Of a stretch of DNA of 64,000 nucleotides, positions 58,157-64,000 are shown one piece after another (position 1 is the stretch's first letter; each line of letters begins with the position of its first letter). The DNA is from Candidatus Spyradenecus sp. (GTDB taxonomy: Bacteria; Verrucomicrobiota; Verrucomicrobiia; Opitutales; UBA953): positions 32,001 through 96,000 of the forward strand of contig JAZSKX010000001.1 in assembly GCA_045535075.1 (NCBI GenBank), read 5' to 3'. Below the pieces are notes generated by a model. The model was not told the DNA's origin. It searched no databases and saw only the letters and a program-made list of their open reading frames with translations. Made by a program: the position numbers and the translations under genes.

Positions 58157-59380
58157 TTATTGTTGCGGTTCCGCCGGTTCTGCGGCTGCGGGGGCTTCGG
58201 CATTTGCTTTCGGCGGAACGATTTTCACGCCGGCTTTACCGCTTTGCGCAAGCGCCATGCCGATGGAAATCAAGCCTTCCGTGGCGATGCGGTCTCCGGG
58301 TTTCAAGCCGTCCTTGATCGTCCAGAAATTACCTTCCATTTTCCCGATTTGAATCGGGCGCGGGCGCACCATGTCGTTTTCGTCGATGGTGAAAATCGTT
58401 GCCTTGCCGGCGGTCCCGAGAGAAACGGCTTTTTGCGGAACGAGAATCGCCTGTTTGTCCACGCCTTCTTCGAGCACGGCGCGGGCGAACATTCCCGGAA
58501 GCAAAAGATTGTCCGGATTCGGGAACTCCGCACGGAGCGTATACATGCCTGTGGATTTATCGACGGAAACTTCGGAGAATTTGAGCTTTCCGGCGTGTTC
58601 GTAAACCGAACCGTCGTCGAAAACAAGCTTTACGGGAACGGTTTCCTCGTCGATTTTTTGCACCGTTCCCGCGGCGATTGCCTTTCGGAGTTCGAGAAGC
58701 GCGGTCGCCGACTGCGTAAAGTCAAAATTAATCGGATCCATTTGTTGGATGACCGCCATTTTCGTAAGCGCATTTCCGGAAACCATGCCGCCTTCCGTTA
58801 CAAGAGCCGCGCCGATAATGCCGGAAATCGGCGCCGTAACCGTCGCGTAGCCGAGATTGATTTCCGCAGACTTCAACTGAGCTTCCGCCGCCAAGAGAGC
58901 TGCTTTTGCCGTGTCGACGGCAATCATCGCATCGTCGTAATTCTGACGGCTCACACCGCCGGTTTTGATGAGCTCGGAAAAGCGGTTAAACGTGATTTGC
59001 GCGCCGTTTAAATTGGCTTTGGCGACTTCGACCTGCGCGGCGGCGGCATCGCGTGCTGCCTGCAACGGTGCGGGATCGATTTGGAAAAGCACCTGATCTT
59101 TTTCGACTTTCGCGCCTTCTTCAAATTTACGTTCGAGCAAAATTCCCGTCACGCGCGCGGAAACGTCCGCAAGGCGCACGGCATCGACGCGTCCCGGAAG
59201 CTCGCGAACGATTTTAAGCTCTTCGTATTTCACCGTTTCGACGGCAGCGGCGATTTCCGCCGGGCCTTTCGGCGCTTGTTCTGCGGCTTTCTTTTCATCG
59301 CAGCCCGTGAACGCGAGCGTTCCCGCGAAAGCCGCAAACGCGGTCAGAAAGAAGGTTTTCTTCATTTTATTTTGCTTCAT
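58157..59380 (-). CDS. RND efflux periplasmic adaptor (AcrA/MexA family)
   Basis: Lipobox FTGC, LPGRV, ARVTGI, LFQIDP, APISGIIG, FPNPD..LLPGMF. Start at 59380 or 59365. Confidence 0.95.
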   Translation of the reverse strand: MKQNKMKKTFFLTAFAAFAGTLAFTGCDEKKAAEQAPKGPAEIAAAVETVKYEELKIVRELPGRVDAVRLADVSARVTGILLERKFEEGAKVEKDQVLFQIDPAPLQAARDAAAAQVEVAKANLNGAQITFNRFSELIKTGGVSRQNYDDAMIAVDTAKAALLAAEAQLKSAEINLGYATVTAPISGIIGAALVTEGGMVSGNALTKMAVIQQMDPINFDFTQSATALLELRKAIAAGTVQKIDEETVPVKLVFDDGSVYEHAGKLKFSEVSVDKSTGMYTLRAEFPNPDNLLLPGMFARAVLEEGVDKQAILVPQKAVSLGTAGKATIFTIDENDMVRPRPIQIGKMEGNFWTIKDGLKPGDRIATEGLISIGMALAQSGKAGVKIVPPKANAEAPAAAEPAEPQQ

Positions 59381-59414
59381 AAATTTAAGTTTGTCCTGTT
59401 TTTCGTTAAAAGAT

Positions 59415-60062
59415 TTATGCTTTCTGAGAAAGCGTCGGAGGAGCGCTAAACATTTCCAGCACCATTGCCATAAACATTTCAAAAAAGTCTTCCCGCTTAA
59501 TATCTTTCGGGTAAGCACCTTTTTTAAACGGAGCGATCGCCGTCCACCCCGCAAGCATGGTGTGTACGCTTTCGATCCGGAAATTGAGCTCTACGGCGGA
59601 AAGTTTCGGGAATGTTTTTTGAAATTCGCTTATGAAGCGTTCCCGTATTCCTTGCGTTGCTTTTTCAATCGCTTGAAAAACACGCATTTCGAGTTCGCTG
59701 CGGCGCACTAAAAGCATTGTGAAAAGCTGGTGTACCGTTTCGGAAACGCATTCGGCACGCGGCAAGATCATTGCTTCCAGCAGGCGTCGTGGTGCAATCG
59801 AGAGCGTTCCCGCGTCCTGTCGCGCTTTTTCCAAAAGGATTAGTTGTTTGTCCATCAGCGGTTTGACGTAGCGCTCGAACACGGCAAACAACAGTGCTTC
59901 CTTGTCTTTAAAATAGTAGTAGGCAACGGAAAGATTTACCTTCGCCCGGGCTGTAATCGCCCGCATAGAGGCCCCGTCCACACCGCGCGTCGCAAAAATT
60001 TGTTCGGCGGCATCGAGGATGCGTTCCCGTGTTTGGGGCTCTGATTTCTCTTTTGTCGGCAT
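59415..60062 (-). CDS. TetR/AcrR family regulator of the efflux operon
   Basis: TRERILDAAEQIFA..G...SMRAITARAKVNL...YYYF..KEAL. Start ATG 60062. Confidence 0.92.
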   Translation of the reverse strand: MPTKEKSEPQTRERILDAAEQIFATRGVDGASMRAITARAKVNLSVAYYYFKDKEALLFAVFERYVKPLMDKQLILLEKARQDAGTLSIAPRRLLEAMILPRAECVSETVHQLFTMLLVRRSELEMRVFQAIEKATQGIRERFISEFQKTFPKLSAVELNFRIESVHTMLAGWTAIAPFKKGAYPKDIKREDFFEMFMAMVLEMFSAPPTLSQKA

Positions 60063-60065
60063 TAT

Positions 60066-60081
60066 TTGAACGAACGTTCTA
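60066..60081. promoter_or_regulatory. Possible TetR operator GAAC-N4-GTTC
   Basis: TTGAACGAACGTTCTA immediately upstream of the TetR start codon. Confidence 0.35.
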
Positions 60082-60139
60082 GTGTTTTTTGCTTTTCCGG
60101 TCAATTGAGAATTGTGTCGTTTGTAAATTCCTCGAAAAA

Positions 60140-61156
60140 CTACCAAATTGTTTTGGCTGCCGGAGTTTCCAAAGCGCTTTGAACGTTTTCGTCCAGTAGC
60201 GAGAAAAAGTCCAAGCCGGTTTTCTCTTCGATGCTGTCGATGTTTGTCAGATAGAGCTTCGGATTGTTTTCCGGGTTGTCTTCGTGAGGAACGATGAATG
60301 CCAGGGTACGCAATGCGCCCGAATGTTCCTCGCGATCCGTCACGATGAGAAAAAATGCATCGGGAACTGCGGGAAGAGTGCCGCGGCGTGACGTTCCCGC
60401 GAGGCGCTTGAGCGGCACTTCCGTGTAAACCGGACCGCAAAGCACCCAAATGTCGCCGAAATTGCGTGTGTAGCGCTTAATCAGTCGCTGTTCGAGCGCT
60501 TTCCAGATTCCCGCATTTAATCCGTGTTTTTGCGGGACGATATTGGACATCAGAAAAGTTTCCTTCTGTGCCGACTCGCCGTAGCAGAGCGCGATTGCGT
60601 GATTCGGTGCCATGTGTCCGCGATCGTATCCGGAGCGCACATAGGCTTCCGTCGTCACGCGCGCGCGCGTTCTGTAATCGGTTTCAAAGTTTTCCGGGCG
60701 TTCGGGGGCTTCCGCTTTTTGAGGAGGAAAAATCTTGTAGGCGCACCATGCCGGATTGCCGCGCGATTCATCGTAGCCGACGAGGTAACCGTCATTTTCC
60801 AGGAGCGTCAGTCGCTGTTCGGCAATCGGCGTTCCCGCAAGTGTCAGCTCGGTGGTTTCAAGTGCCGTTCCCGGCTCAATTGCGTTGCCGTAAACAAACG
60901 GTAAATACAACGCCAGTTCGTCGAGCCAAAAAACCGCTTCGTCCGGAAGCAGTGAACTTTCTCGCGCAAAATCAATAACAAACGCCGTTCCGCGCTCAAT
61001 TCGTTCCCGTGTTTGTGCGTCGCCGAAATAATGGGCCAGCTTTGTGCCGGCAACGAGTGCGACAATGACAAATAATGAAATGAGCAAATGGCTCGGGCGC
61101 AGTTTGCGGGAGCGTCGACGAGGTGTTTTTTGTGATTTGCGGGAACGTTTTGCCAT
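60140..61156 (-). CDS. Membrane-anchored DNA/RNA non-specific endonuclease
   Basis: Basic N-terminus plus a TM helix; SGYDRGHMAP, TFLMSNIVPQ, LNAGIW..LE, IEEKTGLDFF. Confidence 0.93.
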   Translation of the reverse strand: MAKRSRKSQKTPRRRSRKLRPSHLLISLFVIVALVAGTKLAHYFGDAQTRERIERGTAFVIDFARESSLLPDEAVFWLDELALYLPFVYGNAIEPGTALETTELTLAGTPIAEQRLTLLENDGYLVGYDESRGNPAWCAYKIFPPQKAEAPERPENFETDYRTRARVTTEAYVRSGYDRGHMAPNHAIALCYGESAQKETFLMSNIVPQKHGLNAGIWKALEQRLIKRYTRNFGDIWVLCGPVYTEVPLKRLAGTSRRGTLPAVPDAFFLIVTDREEHSGALRTLAFIVPHEDNPENNPKLYLTNIDSIEEKTGLDFFSLLDENVQSALETPAAKTIW

Positions 61157-61202
61157 AGAGAGAGAAAAGCGAAGGATGCGGTTTTTGGCGATTCCGAAAA
61201 AC

Positions 61203-61235
61203 AAAAAGCGGAATCCGTTGGGATTCCGCTTTTTT
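61203..61235 (-). terminator. Terminator after the tRNA pair
   Basis: AAAAAGCGGAATCC-GTTG-GGATTCCGCTTTTT. Confidence 0.85.
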
Positions 61236-61240
61236 GCGAC

Positions 61241-61314
61241 TGGTGCGGCTAACCAGATTCGAACTGGTGTCACCACTTTGGAAGAGTGGGGTCCTACCAC
61301 TGAACGATAGCCGC
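61241..61314 (-). tRNA. tRNA-Gly (TCC)
   Basis: GCGGCTA acceptor, anticodon arm CCACT-CTTCCAA-AGTGG, GTTCGAATC T-loop, CCA end. Confidence 0.96.
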
Positions 61315-61322
61315 AATAAAAA

Positions 61323-61399
61323 TGGTGGGAGTAGCAGAAGTCGAATCTGCGACCTTTTGCGTGTCATGCAAACGCTCTAACCAACTGAGCTATACCCCC
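61323..61399 (-). tRNA. tRNA-Val (GAC)
   Basis: GGGGGTA/TACTCCC acceptor, anticodon arm TTTGC-ATGACAC-GCAAA, TTCGA T-loop, CCA end. Confidence 0.95.
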
Positions 61400-61908
61400 A
61401 AAAGGTGAAAGAGTCCCTAGCATCTCTTATTTTTTTTGTTTTGGCAAGAACTTTTTTCAAAAAATGTAAATTTCGTACTCTTCGGCCGTGCTATTGCAAA
61501 TCGTGCCGCTTTAAATCTTTGCTTTGACATGAAAAACGAAACACTAATCGCGTGAGAGAAAAAAGCATCACGAATTGTGCGAATTTATTTTTTAGCTTCC
61601 TGTTGCTTGATTTAAGGATTCTTCCCGAAACTTGCTTTTTGAGAAAGGCGAGGGAAGGGAAGTTGAGTGCTCAGAGCTGCTTGCTTGAGCGAAAGGGCTT
61701 TTGAATTTTTTTCGGACATCTCTTTCATTTTTTTTACCGAAAATTCTATTTGCGGAGTTTCTCTCACGTTTTAGTCCTTCATTGGAGGCGGCTTGATGCG
61801 TTGATGTAAAATAGCGGTTCTCGTGTCTGCTTCAAAAAATTGCTTTACATAAAGTCTAGGAAAATCAATAATTCACGCTTCTATTTTAAATCATAACCAT
61901 CGAAACAA

Positions 61909-62007
61909 ATGGGCAATCTCAAGAAAAAACGTCGTCTGAAGATGAACAAACATAAACGCCGGAAACGCTCTAAGGCCAACCGCCACAAGAAACGTCTCTG
62001 GGGTTAG
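61909..62007 (+). CDS. Small basic protein, bS22/AURKAIP1-COX24-like ribosomal protein
   Basis: [32 protein letters not shown] (32 aa, below the ORF-track cutoff) fits the MG..KKRR.KM.KHK.RK pattern. Confidence 0.85.
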   Translation: MGNLKKKRRLKMNKHKRRKRSKANRHKKRLWG

Positions 62008-62132
62008 GCCGATTGAATCGGCATTGTCGCTTTTCCCGGACGCCGTCCGCCTTGCGAGGTGTTCCGGGAAAAGTGCTTTCCTCCCAAAAGTTCATCCGCC
62101 CACGCGTTGTCGTGGGATTTTTATTTTAATAT

Positions 62133-62771
62133 ATGACGGTGCTCGAAAAGGTTGCTCGTCTGTTTTCGGCTCGGAAAAATACCGAGGCGGTCGTGGTGCT
62201 TTCCCCGACGGGAAGTGTTCGCGGAGAAACAAAAATTGTTTGTGAGCTCTTCGAGAAAGGCTTGCAAGTGTATCACTTGCGCAAGCCCCGTTGGTCGATT
62301 GATCGTGTTCAGTCCTGGATAAAGTCGATTCCTAAGGTTTATCGTTCCCGCATTGTTCTTCATCAATTTCCGGAGCTGGTGGAGAAGTTCGCTTTGGGCG
62401 GATTTCATATTCATGCCGACGATTCTGTGCCGAGTTGCGTTCCCGTCGAAAAGCTCAGTGCTCGGTGTCAGCATTTTTCGGATTTGAAAAAGTGCGGGAA
62501 CAAGTTCCGTTGTCTGATGCTCGGACCGGTTTTCCCGAAAAAAGATCGCGACATTACCGTTCCCGCGAGGACAGAGCAGGAGTATGCTGCGATTGTCGCG
62601 TATTATCGCCAAAACGGCGGTGCGTGCAAAATTTTTGCCTTTGGCGGGGTCGAAGCCGATAATGTGAGGCGTTGTAAAAAAATGGGTTTCGACGGAGTTG
62701 CGGTTGTCGGTGCGATTTGGGAAAGCGCAGACGAAGTCGCCGCCTTTAAGAAGCTTTGCAGAAAATGGTAA
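62133..62771 (+). CDS. Thiamine phosphate synthase/TenI family protein
   Basis: YHLRKP, RIVLH, GGFH, CQHFSDL, LGPVF, FAFGGV, GFDGVAVVGAIW. Confidence 0.8.
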   Translation: MTVLEKVARLFSARKNTEAVVVLSPTGSVRGETKIVCELFEKGLQVYHLRKPRWSIDRVQSWIKSIPKVYRSRIVLHQFPELVEKFALGGFHIHADDSVPSCVPVEKLSARCQHFSDLKKCGNKFRCLMLGPVFPKKDRDITVPARTEQEYAAIVAYYRQNGGACKIFAFGGVEADNVRRCKKMGFDGVAVVGAIWESADEVAAFKKLCRKW

Positions 62772-63850
62772 GTTCGTCGGAAGCATTCCCGGAAATTAAG
62801 CCGAAGGCTCTTGTTATTGCGAGGCCGGACGATTTTGCTTCTGCCGTGCTTGCTTCCGCCGTGCTCAGGCCTGCGCGCGAAGCGCTCCCGCAAACACGCA
62901 TTTTTTTGCTGATTCATGCGAAATATGCCCCGCTTTACGTTGAACATCCGGCGCTTGACGGGATTTTCACCGTTTCTGATGATTCGACACCGGAGGAGCT
63001 TGCGGCGCATTTCAAGAAACAAAAAATTGATGCCGTTGTGCATCTTGCATTTTCGCAAAAGGTCGCCGACGCTGCTAAGCTTGCGGGCGTGGCGTTTAGC
63101 GTAGCGGAAGAGGGCGAGCACGACGGGAGCGTTAGCTTGGAGATTTTGCGCCCGAAAACTCGTCGCGGCGGAAAGCATCCGGCGTTTCGCAATTTTGATA
63201 TTTTGCGTCCGTTCGGGATTGTCGTTCCCGAGCATCCTGAAATTGAGCTTTCCGTTCACCGAGACGCACATAAGGAAATTTTCGGTGAAATCGGGAAGCA
63301 ATACGGGCTTGCGGATCAAAGCGATTATGCGGTTTTCAGCCTTGATCAAAATCGTTGCGGGCATCAAATCAATGCGTCTGTTTTTTCGAAAACCGCTGAA
63401 TGGCTTACGCGTTTTGCAAAGATTCCGATTCTTGTTCTCGGGGATCCGGTCCATTCCGAAAATTTTCTTCGGTTTAGCCGGAATTCTCACGGTGCGCACG
63501 TCATCGATTTGCGCGGGAAGACAAGCCCTGCCGAAGATGCCTGGCTTATTGACAATGCTCGGATTTGTTTTTCCGGCGAGAATGCGTACGCGTATCTTGC
63601 CGTTGCCATGGAATGTCCGCTGATTGCGCTTTTTATCGATTTTTCCGGAGACCGTTGGTTCCCGCTCGGGCATCTTGCCACTAATATTTTTACGGGAGCG
63701 CACCGTTTGCCTTTCGAGCCGGCGTTTCTTTACAATTATCGGGCTTCGCGTTCTTTTAAAATCGAGAAAATCGCGTCTGCGCTTCGTTTTTCCCTCGCGC
63801 TCAGCAACGAGGATGTAAGAGAAACGAGAATTAAAAGTAGCGAGCTTTAA
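62765..63850 (+). CDS. Glycosyltransferase family 9 (heptosyltransferase-like)
   Basis: LVIARPDDFASAVLA, HPALD, IDLRGKTS, YLAVAMECPLIALF, RWFPLG. Confidence 0.82.
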   Translation: MVSSSEAFPEIKPKALVIARPDDFASAVLASAVLRPAREALPQTRIFLLIHAKYAPLYVEHPALDGIFTVSDDSTPEELAAHFKKQKIDAVVHLAFSQKVADAAKLAGVAFSVAEEGEHDGSVSLEILRPKTRRGGKHPAFRNFDILRPFGIVVPEHPEIELSVHRDAHKEIFGEIGKQYGLADQSDYAVFSLDQNRCGHQINASVFSKTAEWLTRFAKIPILVLGDPVHSENFLRFSRNSHGAHVIDLRGKTSPAEDAWLIDNARICFSGENAYAYLAVAMECPLIALFIDFSGDRWFPLGHLATNIFTGAHRLPFEPAFLYNYRASRSFKIEKIASALRFSLALSNEDVRETRIKSSEL

Positions 63851-63860
63851 TTCCGCATAC

Positions 63861-63892
63861 TAAAAACTCCCGCTTTCGTGCGGGAGTTTTTA
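63861..63892. terminator. Bidirectional terminator
   Basis: TAAAAACTCCCGC-TTTCGT-GCGGGAGTTTTTA. Confidence 0.85.
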
Positions 63893-63932
63893 TTTGTGCC
63901 GTTCCCGTGAAAGCGAAACGGTATTTACTGTT

Positions 63933-64000
63933 TTATTTTCGCCGACGGCGGATAGCGACGAGCGCCAAAATTCCCGTTCCCGCGATAAATCCGAACGCTG
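63933..64000 (-). CDS. 3' end of a probable fourth PEP-CTERM protein (truncated by the window edge)
   Basis: Minus strand reads AFGFIAGTGILALVAIRRRRK-stop, matching the other PEP-CTERM tails. Confidence 0.75.
   Translation of the reverse strand, partial: AFGFIAGTGILALVAIRRRRK

Larger units (their letters stand above)
1..64000. repeat. Dispersed, highly over-represented motif (G)CGGGAAC(G) / (C)GTTCCCG(C), DNA-uptake-sequence-like
   Basis: Hand count of about 45 exact CGGGAAC/GTTCCCG copies in bases 1-10000 (about 25 forward, 20 reverse), against roughly 1-2 expected by chance. It recurs throughout the rest of the window. Confidence 0.95.

Noticed and set aside
59415..61300. Long N-terminal extensions in the ORF track for the TetR and nuclease genes (also panC and 79-957)
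   Set aside because: They overlap neighbouring genes or a tRNA. Downstream ATGs give proteins of family-typical length.
2862..61399. Integrated element or prophage at the tRNA genes
   Set aside because: No integrase, no phage genes and no duplicated tRNA 3' end seen.
61483..61498. Second sigma54-like site CGGCCGTGCTATTGCA
   Set aside because: Correct GG-N10-GC spacing but a poor -24 match, and about 400 bp from the next gene.
61400..62130. TPP riboswitch upstream of the thiE-like gene
   Set aside because: I could not find the conserved CTGAGA...ACCTGA core. An Rfam scan would settle it.
1..64000. GTTCCCGC hairpins resembling type I-E CRISPR repeats
   Set aside because: No regularly spaced repeat-spacer array and no cas genes. 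The copies are dispersed and lie mostly inside genes.

Overview
Chromosomal window from a bacterium that is most likely an Opitutales/Verrucomicrobiota gut lineage. This is inferred from four PEP-CTERM tails, a microcompartment-type aldolase and a bS22-like gene. It holds about 46 housekeeping, transport and surface genes (purEC, pyrB, dgt, panC, feoAB, htpG, ahpCF, metH, bat-type VWA genes, GH2, psd, dnaX, an RND efflux operon) and three tRNAs (His, Gly, Val). I saw no CRISPR array, transposase or integrase. The main signals not explained by the ORF track are: (1) a non-palindromic word (G)CGGGAAC(G), about once per 220 bp on both strands, inside genes and as inverted pairs in terminators, behaving like a DNA uptake sequence; (2) two unannotated copies of a 20-aa hydrophobic peptide module with conserved flanking hairpins, resembling a type I toxin-antitoxin family; (3) a dnaX A10 slippage site, with the tau-like C-terminus in the +1 frame; (4) a G10 tract in the -35/-10 spacer of a PEP-CTERM promoter, a phase-variation candidate; (5) families of intergenic 7/8/9-mer tandem inverted-repeat elements. 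All calls were made by eye, without database searches.
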